From contig VRMN01000005.1 of NCBI GenBank assembly GCA_008690995.1, forward strand, positions 1 to 64,000: DNA of 64,000 bases, given 5' to 3'. The position numbers and the translations under genes are program-made. This document shows positions 1 to 10,797 of the stretch, piece by piece (positions within the stretch are counted from its first letter, which is position 1; each line of letters starts with the position of its first letter). The notes beneath the pieces were generated by a model, which did not search any database, was not told where the DNA came from, and worked only from the letters and a program-made list of their open reading frames with translations. The DNA comes from Porphyridium purpureum (Eukaryota).

Positions 1-1056
1 TTCTCCATTCAGCCCGTTTGTCTAGACGACATTGTCGTCATGGACCAACAGGAGCGCTTTGCGCGCATGCTGAGGCTCGTGCTCAAATTGCTAAATGCCA
101 AAGTCTCCGACGACTCCTCAGTGGATGACTTGGACTTCGTGCTGTCGTGTGGTAATGCCATATTAGAGTGCAGGTGGAGCTTGTACGAAAAGTACTTGAA
201 AACGCCGCTCGTGTCCATGCAGCACGCGCGTTGGAACGACATCCTCCTCCTTGATTTGAGCCTGGAGCAGGCCCTCAAAACGCTGCTTGAGTCAAACGGG
301 TCCCTTGCGGTCAGCGATATGGACGCAACTTTACATCTCGTCCAGCTCGCGTTGGAGAATAGCTGTTTGTCCGCGATGCCGAATGGAGAAATTCTGATCT
401 GCGCGCGGCAGTTCAATTCGTTTGCATTTGACGCTGGCGAATGGAAGGGCACAGACTGGGCCCTGCGGTTACATGCAACCATCCAACGTCTGTACGAGCT
501 GCTTGGTGCCGAGTCGATTTGGTGGTGCTCAGCGCTCGGCACCCTGTCCACCCGCTTGGGCGAGAGCCTCAACGCAAGCGACCCGCATGTGTGCAGCATG
601 CTCCCGGAATTCGTTGTCCGCGGCACACACTTTGCCTCGTTGTCGCAGCTGTTGCCGAACCTCGGCAAGATGGTTCGTGGACTGGCTGGACTGGGCAGTT
701 GGCAGGTTGTGTGCGCCGGGAACGCAACATCAAGGGGCGTTTCAGGAATCGTCCGTGTATTGGATGAATTGAAGCTTGTCACTGACGAGGATCAGATTGC
801 GCAAGAGCCGTGCATTTTGCTCGCTTCGACCGTCCATGGCGAAGCCGACATTCCGGCCCAAGTTGTGGCTGTGCTGACGCTGTCCACACTCGATATTCTC
901 AGCCACATTGCAGTGCGTGCGCGCAACGAGCGCAAGATGCTAGCGAGTTGCTGTGACGACGCCGAGTTTGCAGGGCTCCAAGCGCATGCTGGCAAGCGCA
1001 TGCAGGTTACGTGTCGTGGCGAGGGAGACAGCGTCCACTTTGAAGTATTAGCGTAG
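1..1056 (+). CDS. Glucan/phosphoglucan water dikinase-like protein (5' partial); ends after the phosphohistidine domain
   Basis: Frame is open from position 1. Contains LGSWQVV..G, ILLASTVHGEADIP..VVAVLT and the GWD/PWD phospho-His motif DILSHIAVRARN. Stop at 1056. Confidence 0.75.
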   Translation, partial: FSIQPVCLDDIVVMDQQERFARMLRLVLKLLNAKVSDDSSVDDLDFVLSCGNAILECRWSLYEKYLKTPLVSMQHARWNDILLLDLSLEQALKTLLESNGSLAVSDMDATLHLVQLALENSCLSAMPNGEILICARQFNSFAFDAGEWKGTDWALRLHATIQRLYELLGAESIWWCSALGTLSTRLGESLNASDPHVCSMLPEFVVRGTHFASLSQLLPNLGKMVRGLAGLGSWQVVCAGNATSRGVSGIVRVLDELKLVTDEDQIAQEPCILLASTVHGEADIPAQVVAVLTLSTLDILSHIAVRARNERKMLASCCDDAEFAGLQAHAGKRMQVTCRGEGDSVHFEVLA

Positions 1057-2163
1057 CATGCATCGGAGCACAGGTCAAGATATCAGACTGCGTTCGGGCG
1101 ACCGGTATGTGAATTGTGTTCGCGTTTACTTATGTTCAAAGTCAGGTTTCCAGAATCGCACGATGGCTTGGGGACAATAGACAGAGCTTGTCACCAAAAA
1201 TGACGTTCTTAGACATGTTACTTGCGAATGACCAGCGGGGCGTGGTCATGGAGCTGGGCGCGCCGCAGAGCCGCGGCTCGCGGGTCGCGCGTGCGAGAGC
1301 GTCCCGTGCGGAACTCGGCCAGTTCAAGCGATTCGAAGCTGCCCAGGCTAGTCCCTCGGGACTCCATGGCCTCATGTGTTTCGTCTTGCCCCTGTGTTTC
1401 TGATTTGGTCCGTTTGCGCGGGCTGCCCATCATGACTTGTATGTATGTCGACTCGCGGCGTCGCTTGGTGGGGCCCGGTGCGAAGTTTGTTTTGTATCAT
1501 TCGCTTTTCGTAGCTCCTTTTTCTCACTGCTCGTTCCTCGCGTACTTGTGAACAGGCACGATTAGCCCTCGACCCTCTTTTATAGTCGGCGACACGCGCG
1601 GGAGAGGATTTTGCGTGAGAGCGAGAACAGTCAAGCATGCGCACGTGCATTCTCGCTCGTTCAGAAGCTGGAAAAGAAGAAGAAACCACAACAACAATAA
1701 ACAAACACCTTCGCTTCCTCGCGTGCTCACGGTGACGCCAGAAACGCTGGCGCGTCGCCAACATCACGGCCAGTTGCGATGACCGCGCGCCCAATCATGT
1801 CGTGGTTCGGGTGAGAACGACGCGGATCGATGGTGCAGTGGTGCGGCAGTCGCCAACCACTCAAGTCACGCTCTGCCGTCTTGTGCAACACGCACGCGTC
1901 AAGCGGCTCGCTTTACTACGCGCGGAGCGGGTGATTTACAGGCGAGAGGACGCTCTCTTTGAGTGTGCTTCCGAGAAGAAGAACAGGACAACCCAAACTG
2001 CTGACTCTGATGATCATGGCGATGACGATCCTAATCAAGACCGTGTGCACAGGTTCGGTCGATAGAGGCGGCGCTCGTTCCGGCGCCTGTTGCGCGCGTC
2101 TGCTCATCGCGCGCGCCAAACGTGCGTGCAGGGTAGAACGAAGAGCGGCGAGCGAGGAGCGGC

Positions 2164-2193
2164 GAGCGTAGAGCGTAGAGCGTAGAGCGTAGA
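2164..2193 (+). repeat. 7-bp tandem repeat (GAGCGTA)x4
   Basis: Read directly from the sequence. Confidence 0.9.
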
Positions 2194-3281
2194 TATTGTT
2201 TTCTGAACAGTAAGCCGTAGAAAAATGCCTGAAACGCCGGAAATGCGTGGAGGACCGGGAGCGCCCATGACCACATCGCGCGACGATGCATCGAATCTCG
2301 AACAGGTCAGCACAGCAATGGAACGCAGCAAGCCGGCGTGGAAAGAAACGAAAACCAAAATCTGCAAATGAATGGCATGTGTGTGTGTGCGTGGAAATGG
2401 GGTGTGCTTGCCATACAAAGAGGATTCGTAGATTGGCGCAAGGCAACAGAGAACAAGAAAAGCCCGATTTGGGGTGGCTGTAAAATAGGTTTACAACAGA
2501 ACCTTAAAAACAGCACGGGGTTACGGACCGGTAACGCTGAACGGCGCAATTAGGAGCACCATACCGGTTCGCGAGCAGCGTTTGGCAACAGGAGTGTTGG
2601 TTCGCGGCCGCCGTGTCTATCGCCGCGCGGAGACGTGCGGCTCCTCTCACAGTCCCCAAGCCGCCGCTGGAGTATCCAGCGTCTTCGGCTGCAAAGTTCT
2701 GAAACGCTGCACCTGCAGCTTGCCTCGCTTTTGTTTCCTGCCGCCGCTCAAACGTTCACTTTGGGGCGGAGCAAGCAAGGGGGGCTCTTATCGCAAAGCC
2801 GCTTCTCGCGCAGTGCCCTGTTTGCTCGATCAAGCAACGTCAGGGGGGACCGCTCTCATCATCGTCCCCAACCGCGTCCACAGCCGCGTCATCGTGATGT
2901 TCAGCCACAGAAGACACAATCTCAGATACCACCTTCTGCCTCAATACTTGGGCCTGTCCAAAATCGTCGTAGAAGAACGCGAGCCGCAGCCGCAACGCTC
3001 GACTCGCTCCCAAGGGACTTACTTTCCTGCGCAGACAAACAAGCAGCATCCACCATACCTTCTCTCACAAACCCGACGCCGGCGCACAGGAGTTCACTCA
3101 CCGTGAGTCGTCCCTTCCACGCATCAGCTGGCCGCCAGCAAAAGCCTCCGCGACAGCGCGTGCATGGCCCATAGTCGATCGCCTTGACAGTATATGCTTG
3201 GGATACGGCGCAGGACATAGCCACAGACAGGCCGGGTGTCGCGCATGACGCACAGACACCACGGCGCGGTAACTTGCTCCG

Positions 3282-4604
3282 TCACATGATGAACACACGC
3301 TTGAATTCTGCGGCAGGATCGTTCGGGTTCGACGGCGGATACACAAAGTGCTCCCTGGTGCGCGGATCAAATACCATGCCAGATTCCTTGGCCATGGACT
3401 CGAGTGCGGACTCACTGTACACATTGCCATTCGGAAGCACGATGGGCGCGTTGTGCTCATTCATCAACTTGCCCGTAATCTTGCACACCAGCACAGAGTG
3501 CACGTGGTGGCTGAAGGGCAAATCTCTGGCCAGACTTTGAAACGGCTCATTACACGTGGGACAGTTCACGTTGTATTCAAACGTGTCGCCGTCTGCGTCG
3601 TGCGCAAAGCAGAAGCGGGTCTTTAGTGACGACACGCCTGCCTTGATGAGTATGCTCAGAAGCGATTCATGCGTGAGTCCATGCAGCATGTATGAATCAT
3701 TTTTGAAAATGGCAATCAAGTCCTTCCAGCGCTCTTTGGCATACAAAGAAGCGTACGGCTCGCACCTTGTATCTGGCTCGAACGCGAGCAGCGCCATCAC
3801 CGTTTGAAATTGAGTTGTCATGCCATCTTGCGACATGGTCATGCCGACAGACAAATGCTTACGCGCATACTGCGTCGCTTCTGCAATCTTTCCGGCACGG
3901 CGCAGCTCGACAAACTCCTGCAAGCGTAAGCGGAACTCAAATGTGCTGTTGATTTTGGCAAGCCGCCGCTTGTTCTCCACACACCACTTGAAGGCCTCTG
4001 TGCAGTCGCCCGCGCCGAGCGATTCTATCACTTTCGCGCGAGTTAGGAACACGTCCACGTCTACCAGATTCTCCACACCAGCCTCCTTGGCCAGCTTCTG
4101 CGCCGACGAGTAGAGGCCTTCGCGCAAAATATGGTCCACCAAGATGCGGTACAAGCGCGTCTTTTGCCATTGCAACAGACGAAGTGCCTTGGTGCTGGGA
4201 TCACATGCGCCCTTGTCCGACATTTCTTCTCCAGCGCTTGCTGCTCCGGTCCCGTCATTGGTGCCATTCTCCTCGTAGCCTTCCACAATCTCAAAGTATC
4301 GCTTGACGTACTGCACGCGCACGCGCAGCACATCAAGTGCCTTTTGCTCAGCTTGGCATAACACGACCCACTTTTTCTTCAGTGTCTTGAGGCGCGCAAT
4401 CTGCTTGTCTAGTCGGTCCTTCAGCAGCTGGTGCTGCTGCGACGACCCGGCTGTCGGCCACGTGCTTGCAGACAAAGCAGCGTTATACTCGTTCATCAGC
4501 GCCACACAACTTTCTACCTCCTTATCCACTGCCTTTTTCGACGCGCGAAAGTGCTTCATCAGCGCCTCGCTGGGCACCTTGAGTACTGCATACTCCAACT
4601 CCAT
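3282..4604 (-). CDS. MAEA: CTLH/GID E3 ligase subunit MAEA/Gid9 (LisH-CTLH-CRA-RING)
   Basis: LEYAVLKVPSE N-terminus, LisH (RILVDHILREG), CTLH (WCVENKRRLAKINSTFEFRLRLQEFVEL), C-terminal LPFSHHVHS.LVC.ITG..MNE.N.PIVLPNGNVYS. Confidence 0.9.
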   Translation of the reverse strand: MELEYAVLKVPSEALMKHFRASKKAVDKEVESCVALMNEYNAALSASTWPTAGSSQQHQLLKDRLDKQIARLKTLKKKWVVLCQAEQKALDVLRVRVQYVKRYFEIVEGYEENGTNDGTGAASAGEEMSDKGACDPSTKALRLLQWQKTRLYRILVDHILREGLYSSAQKLAKEAGVENLVDVDVFLTRAKVIESLGAGDCTEAFKWCVENKRRLAKINSTFEFRLRLQEFVELRRAGKIAEATQYARKHLSVGMTMSQDGMTTQFQTVMALLAFEPDTRCEPYASLYAKERWKDLIAIFKNDSYMLHGLTHESLLSILIKAGVSSLKTRFCFAHDADGDTFEYNVNCPTCNEPFQSLARDLPFSHHVHSVLVCKITGKLMNEHNAPIVLPNGNVYSESALESMAKESGMVFDPRTREHFVYPPSNPNDPAAEFKRVFIM

Positions 4605-4710
4605 CTTCCTTCTTTGCGCTAACCCTTTCCTCCTGCCTTGCCAGCGTCTTCGATCTCGAGCACGCTAACTAGCAAGTGTGTGAGTTGGCACTCATAGGCA
4701 AGCTGGGAAA

Positions 4711-6045
4711 ATGATGTTCCGGCGGCTACAGCAGAGCTGGCGAGCAACGGCGGCATGTGCTGTCGCTGCAGCTGGCGGGTATGTTGCTGGTGGTTCTCGC
4801 AATGTCCTGGACAGTGAATCTTCGCGTCGGGTGCGCCCATTCCCAGTTTCTGTGGAAGGCACGGGAAGCGGCGCCGCCTTCTCGGCTGTGAGTGATGAAG
4901 CGCTGAGACGGGCAGAATTGAGGCATGCCGACCGGTCGATCCATGTACCTCAGATGTTGTCGCCACCGCCAGCAGTATCATCACCGCCAGTGTCGGGTGC
5001 GCCGCTGGGCAGGTATACAATAGCTGAAGCCATTGACAGAGCAGGTCCGGCCGTTGTCAACATCACGTCAGCAGCAGCAGATGAATCATTGTTCGGGCTG
5101 TTTGGCCCTCGCGTTCCTGGTGCGCTCTCATCAGGCTCTGGATTCATTATTGATGGTGTCAAGGGCACGGTGCTCACGAATGCGCACGTCGTTGTATCTG
5201 CCAAACGCAGTGGTAACCCGGTAAGTGTTTCACTGCGCGATGGACGCAGCTTCGAGGGCATCATACGTTCGGTGGATACCACTGCTGATATTGCTGTTGT
5301 AGAGCTCGTGCGCGAGCCGCCCGATGTACAAGATCCAAACTCGCCGGTACCATTACCAAGCGTTGAACTGGGAGACTCGACCAAGTTGAGAATGGGCGAA
5401 TGGGTCGTGGCGCTTGGGTCTCCCCTGACGCTTAAAAATAGTGCGTCACTCGGCATCATTTCGGCAACAGAGCGCGAAGGATACGAAATTGGATTGGTTG
5501 GCGGGGCGCATGCTTTTATCCAGACGGACGCCGCAATTAATGTCGGCAACTCGGGCGGCCCGCTTGTGGACCTGGACGGCAAGGTTGTGGGGATCAGCAC
5601 CATGAAGGCAGCGGATTCGGACGGCATTTCATTTGCTTTGCCGATCAATTACGCGAAAGAAGTGATCCAACAGCTCGAGCAGTATGGCTCGGTGCGGCGT
5701 CCTTACCTCGGCTGCAAGCTGCTCACTTTGCACCGCGTGCTTGCGGATGAGCTCGCACGCAAGAGCTTTAACTTTCCTCGCGAAATTGACAAAGAGTGGG
5801 CATCCAAGAATGCCGATGAGCTCGGTGTGCTCGTGCACGAAGTGGAGCCGAACGGTCCCATGGCAAAATCGGGCATCATGCCAGGCGACATTGTGGTGCA
5901 GGTTGGCAAGAAGAAAATCATGAACACAAGCCAGTTTCTGGCGGAGCTCGGCCACAAGGTCGAAATGGACGTCGCCATTGTTGTCATTCGCGGAAAGGAT
6001 GCGCGGCGCCTCGAGTTCACATTGCATCCCGACATACGGAAGTAG
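4711..6045 (+). CDS. HtrA/DegP-family serine protease with PDZ domain (HTRA2-like, probably mitochondrial)
   Basis: GSGFII, TNAHVV, DIAVV and IQTDAAINVGNSGGP catalytic motifs, C-terminal PDZ, Arg-rich presequence-like N-terminus. Confidence 0.92.
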   Translation: MMFRRLQQSWRATAACAVAAAGGYVAGGSRNVLDSESSRRVRPFPVSVEGTGSGAAFSAVSDEALRRAELRHADRSIHVPQMLSPPPAVSSPPVSGAPLGRYTIAEAIDRAGPAVVNITSAAADESLFGLFGPRVPGALSSGSGFIIDGVKGTVLTNAHVVVSAKRSGNPVSVSLRDGRSFEGIIRSVDTTADIAVVELVREPPDVQDPNSPVPLPSVELGDSTKLRMGEWVVALGSPLTLKNSASLGIISATEREGYEIGLVGGAHAFIQTDAAINVGNSGGPLVDLDGKVVGISTMKAADSDGISFALPINYAKEVIQQLEQYGSVRRPYLGCKLLTLHRVLADELARKSFNFPREIDKEWASKNADELGVLVHEVEPNGPMAKSGIMPGDIVVQVGKKKIMNTSQFLAELGHKVEMDVAIVVIRGKDARRLEFTLHPDIRK

Positions 6046-6285
6046 AGGAAGGGGTTTATACTTTTGGGTTCTAGTGCTCGATAGCACAGCCAACATAATT
6101 GTGTCTTTCAAAGCCGTCCTAGTCACTGAATGCGCTGCGGCCCGACGCGTGCTACAAGTCGAGCGTTTCCCGACATGTGTGAAAGATGTCTTTTGCTTCA
6201 TGACGGATGTACGCTCATGTGCAGGACGTACTTGCTACCCAATCGCGCATGTAAATGCATGACATGGAAGTGCTTTCGGTGCTTC

Positions 6286-6843
6286 TTAGGAAAGCTTGTA
6301 TAAAACCGGCAACTTGGACACAGCGGCTGCGCATGATTCCAACTCATCCTTGAAATCCGCGGCCTTATCTGCCGACACCAGCACGATCGACGTTGGTCTC
6401 TTTGTTAATGCGGCTGCACCCAGATCGACCTTTTGCGGGACGTAGCAATAAGGAATCCGGGCCTCCTCAAGCGCGACAGGAAATCCCGAAATCACATCAA
6501 TGGGGAAAATGTCACCGGCAATGACGCAAAGCCCCTTGCCCTGTTTCCGCACAGCCTTGGCCACCTCCTTGATCCCGCGCCTCAACGCCTTCGCCTTGGC
6601 TGCCTTGGTCACGAGCTTCAGTATCTTTTTTGCGAGTTTCGGGTCTGCCATCGGCGACGAAATCGGACTCAGATAAACTAGCTTTTCCGTCTCGGGGTGC
6701 GCAGCGTCGCCGGTGTCAGCCGACACGTTCTCATCCTTCTCCTTTTTCGGCGTCTTTTCCTTCTTAGTCTTCTTCTCCTTTTTCTTCGGCGTTTCGAGCG
6801 CTTCCGCCTCCGCCTCTCGCGTGCGCTTCTTCTCCGATCCCAT
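6286..6843 (-). CDS. NHP2: H/ACA snoRNP subunit NHP2 (L7Ae family)
   Basis: Lys-rich N-terminus; LRRGIKEVAKAVRK, IAGDIFPIDVI, IPYCYVP.K.DLGAA..TKRPTS. Confidence 0.92.
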   Translation of the reverse strand: MGSEKKRTREAEAEALETPKKKEKKTKKEKTPKKEKDENVSADTGDAAHPETEKLVYLSPISSPMADPKLAKKILKLVTKAAKAKALRRGIKEVAKAVRKQGKGLCVIAGDIFPIDVISGFPVALEEARIPYCYVPQKVDLGAAALTKRPTSIVLVSADKAADFKDELESCAAAVSKLPVLYKLS

Positions 6844-7934
6844 CTCGAGGATAATTTTTCTTGAACCCGCACGTGAGACGCAAACACCTCTGCCCGCCGC
6901 GCACGCACGCTTGGCTCGTCGGTTCAGGCGGCTTACCGGTTTCTCGGCTCATGCGCGGCTGCTGTACTGCAAGTAAGCGAACCGCATTTTCCGACGCAGC
7001 ATGCGAGCCTTTCAACCGTTTAGCCATCTTGAATTATTGTCTGCTAAAATAGACGCATTTTAGTGACACAAGATCAATATATTAAGTAAACACGAATTGC
7101 TAGCAATATCTTCCTATCAAAGATGGTTGAATTGGCATCTGATTGTTAACGGTTTATAGTTACAAAACTTGGTTGTGCATCAGAACCGGGGACGAGCATG
7201 CTTCGCATGGAGAAGTTTCACTTTTGGAGGGTTGATTCGTACTCCGGACGTTACTGGACTCCATTCACTTGCCAAGTTCTGCACCTGGCCTGGCTTCTAC
7301 CACCGTACGTGGACTGCTGGGCACGAGTATGATGCTCTTTCTGATGTGCAGAACGTCCGCATCGAAAACGCATGCTTTCGGCTCTGCTGAAAGGTTCACT
7401 GCGGCATTCACGCGAAACGTCTGCTGACAACACTCCTTTCTATGTCATTAAGAAGCGGACCATGGACCATCGATAGTGAGTGGCAAGTGATTTTCAGTCG
7501 CAACCCTTCAGAACGCGGCGGCGTTGCTCTTCCTGTCCACGACACTTTGGGCAGCAGCCTATTCGCGAACACGTGCTTTTGCGGTTCTGACCCAACAACA
7601 CATCATCAGACACTAGTCACATCCAGTCTTGGAGTAGAAAGATACCTTGTCCACTTTTACAATTTAAACGGCAAAGTGAGGCCGTTTGTTCATGACCCAC
7701 AAAGTCCGCCGCAAACGGCTTCTGGCAGGCATCTACAATGCAACAGACGTAGCAGCCCGCAGAGACTCTGGGCGTATGGGGGCAAACAGCTCGCGCATAA
7801 AGTTGACGCGCTCATCGTATGATATAGAGACAATTTACAGCGTCTGTCGCCCGAGACAGAAACGGCACGACCTGTCATTCGCGAATTCTTCGTGTCCATT
7901 CGTGGTTGAATTTTTTCCGGCGCATAGCTAGCTT

Positions 7935-8714
7935 TCAGCTAGTCGTGCCGTTACCGCGATACGTGTTGCGGATTTGCGCGAGAGATTCGGCTCGCGCGGC
8001 GTTCGATGTCCGAGTGGTGAACGTGTCTTGTCCTTCGCCAGACAAGATTTCGATGACCTGGTTCAAGGAAATGAGCACGAAAACACGAGCGATCGTGAGC
8101 ACCGTCCAAATCAGCGCCTCAATGGCGACCAGCACCTTGTAGACCACGTCGCCGTAATTAAAGACAAGGAATCTGAACCAGCCGTTGAAGTTAATGACTG
8201 GCATTAGCGTATACAGCAGCGAGATGGCAATGAGCGCAATGTCCATGAAGCTTGCGTTCCGCATCACGTTTGCGGACGAAAATCGTGCGCCGCGAAATGT
8301 CATGGCGTAGGCCGTGCACGCGAGCATCACAAAGCCAAATCCCAGAATTGGCGAAAGCACAAGCCCGAGCCATCCCAGATCTGCGCCTATGGCCGTGACG
8401 TACACGTTCACGCCCAGATTCACGAATAGCGTGGCGCACGTCGCTACCAGCAGCGCGCGCGACCGTCGCAAGACCTTTTGAGCGGCCTCGATGCGAAGCG
8501 AGCTCAACTCGCCCACGTAAAAGAGCTTTAGAAGGGGCGGGAAATTTTTGACGTCACTGGATGTGTCAACTGCGGCTTCAACCTCCACATCCGCAGCGGC
8601 ATTCGTACCAAACACAGAGAACTTACTTTCCCTCGCGCCAGTGCCTCCCAAATCAGCATCAAGCCCCAGCCCGCTGAGCTGCCGGTCCAGCGCCTTTCCA
8701 CTTAACCAATCCAT
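7935..8714 (-). CDS. Four-TM membrane protein, SCAMP-like
   Basis: KNFPPLLKLFY resembles the SCAMP NWPP..FY motif and is followed by four hydrophobic segments. First ATG at 8714. Confidence 0.5.
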   Translation of the reverse strand: MDWLSGKALDRQLSGLGLDADLGGTGARESKFSVFGTNAAADVEVEAAVDTSSDVKNFPPLLKLFYVGELSSLRIEAAQKVLRRSRALLVATCATLFVNLGVNVYVTAIGADLGWLGLVLSPILGFGFVMLACTAYAMTFRGARFSSANVMRNASFMDIALIAISLLYTLMPVINFNGWFRFLVFNYGDVVYKVLVAIEALIWTVLTIARVFVLISLNQVIEILSGEGQDTFTTRTSNAARAESLAQIRNTYRGNGTTS

Positions 8715-9616
8715 CTGCCGAGCGCTGCGCGGGCAAGACACACTGCGCTCACGGACCAATCCCACTCCACCGCACCCAGGCGCTGCAGGAGAACAACCGC
8801 TGACACCGAAAAGCAGGCCAAGCCTTCTTCAAGGATAGGAGAAACTGTGTGCTTATTCTCCCATACCCCACGCGCGCCGCACCGCTCCTGGACTGTGTCT
8901 CTTGCTTCTGCTCTCGAAACCCAACTCACCGCACCGGCTCTTCCCGTTCCCCTTCCCTTCTTCCCCCCGTCACCCACAGCCGCGTCTTCTATCCGCGTTC
9001 ATGCTGCCACCGCCCACTCCATCAAACTAGTGTTATCCCATCAGCTTGCGAATACTCTAAACTGTACCCTACTCTCATTTTATTCCACGTCCTTGGTGTC
9101 CACGTTAGCAGCCGCTGTACACCTCATTTCCGCAATTTCTTTATCATTACGTTTTTAACGTTAATAAAATATCGGCAGCTGTACAGTCGCCACATGAACA
9201 CCCACCCCCAAGTCAACCATCGCTTACTCCGATTCCGATGCCTATGCGGCGAAAATCTGACGCATGTACGTGAGCTCTATGTCTCCCTGTCTCTCGGGCT
9301 GGCTCGCTCTCTCCCTCTGTGGATGGTATACGTGTTTGTGTGTCTGTCCATGCGGTCTCTCCATTGACATCACCATCATGGCAACCATCATTGCCACTAT
9401 TGCCACGATCACTACCAGTATCGCCACGCTCGTCCCTGACGTGTCATATCTTCTGCAATGTGAGTTACCTTCCAAAACACAGCCGAGGCGCGACTTGGCC
9501 ACCTTGAAACCTTGCGCGTTGAAAACGGCCCGTGAATGAAAAGGGGAAAAGGGGGGGCGGGGGTTTGGTGAAAGCAAGAAGGGGCCTCTTGAGGTGAATG
9601 ATGCGGAGAGGGGGGG

Positions 9617-10570
9617 ATGGTGAGGATGGTGGAGAGGATGCATGGCGTGGTGGTTGCTGCACCAGTGGGAGAGATGTGCGTGCTGCGACGACGGACTGGA
9701 GAGGGCGGCGTGACGCGAGCACGTCGTGGCAGTTCAGCGGCGGACATGCGGCGGCGGCGGCGGCGGCGGCAGCAGCAGCAGCAGCTGCTGGTGGTCGGGC
9801 TGGTGGTGGCGGTGGTGGCAGTCATGGTTGGTAACGCAAATGCGGTCAGCGAGGAGGCGTGCAGCGCGGCGGGAGATCACGTGCAGCGCTGTGAGGCGCA
9901 AGTGTGTGAGCGTTTGACGGGAGCAAGGGCTCTGGAAATGGACGCGGAAGCGGCGAACCCAGGCGCAAAGGTGAACCTGCAGCAAGAGCCCGTCTGCACC
10001 ATACCCGCAAAGGTTGAATGTCAGTGGAAGGACTCGGCGGCGACCGACTGGCGGCACTTTGACGTTTCTGACCGCCACGCTTTTTGTAGGAAGCCACCAC
10101 GCGCGCCGTGTGCTTACGACCGGAAGGTGCGAGCTTATATCTTGTCTGCGGCATTGGTGCTAAGCCTGCTCCTCTTTTTCTTGTGCCTCATTGCATTCGA
10201 TTATTCCATTGGCCTCTCGGCGTCCAACAACCGTCCGATTGCGTATCTTCGCTCCGTCCAAGAGGCTGGGCTGAGCGGTGACACAAACGCGGCGTCACCA
10301 ACAAAGCAGCTCGTGCGCGCAAAAGTGTGGACGCCTGTGACGTGGTCATACCTTGCGTCACATGTCAAGACCGACTCGGGCAAGCACGTGCTGAACATTG
10401 ACGATACTTGTACCATCTGCCTGGAGCCTTTAATTGCACTCGCGCCGCACACCGAGGCGCGCTCGTGCGCACAGTTGGAATGTTTGCACATTTTCCACGC
10501 GCCGTGCTTGTCCGGCTGGCTTGAAAATCGTGGCAACTCATGTCCACTGTGTAGGAAATCATTTCGCTGA
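9617..10570 (+). CDS. Transmembrane RING-H2 E3 ubiquitin ligase
   Basis: Signal/TM segment, Cys-rich lumenal part, second TM, C-terminal CTIC..C.HIFH..C..W...CPLCR. A (GCG)n(GCA)n microsatellite encodes poly-R/poly-Q. Confidence 0.85.
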   Translation: MVRMVERMHGVVVAAPVGEMCVLRRRTGEGGVTRARRGSSAADMRRRRRRRQQQQQLLVVGLVVAVVAVMVGNANAVSEEACSAAGDHVQRCEAQVCERLTGARALEMDAEAANPGAKVNLQQEPVCTIPAKVECQWKDSAATDWRHFDVSDRHAFCRKPPRAPCAYDRKVRAYILSAALVLSLLLFFLCLIAFDYSIGLSASNNRPIAYLRSVQEAGLSGDTNAASPTKQLVRAKVWTPVTWSYLASHVKTDSGKHVLNIDDTCTICLEPLIALAPHTEARSCAQLECLHIFHAPCLSGWLENRGNSCPLCRKSFR

Positions 10571-10797
10571 GGCGCATACGCGATGAGACGCGCAAGACGC
10601 TAATACACCCGTGTACATTCATTCGCGACAGTTCTCAGGAAATATGCACAAAGCACAACATGGAGTCCTTGCCCGGCCTGGAAGAAAAACGAAATTAAAA
10701 AAAAGCGTGGAGTAATTTTTGTACAGAAAAATGCCATTCGAAAGCGACGGCACTTCCTCCCCCACGCGGTCTCGCAAAGCCCGACTCGCAGCCTCCG

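Noticed and set aside
2582..3174. Two overlapping ORFs of about 175 aa downstream of MAEA
   Set aside because: Non-ATG starts, no motifs, and no way to choose a frame.
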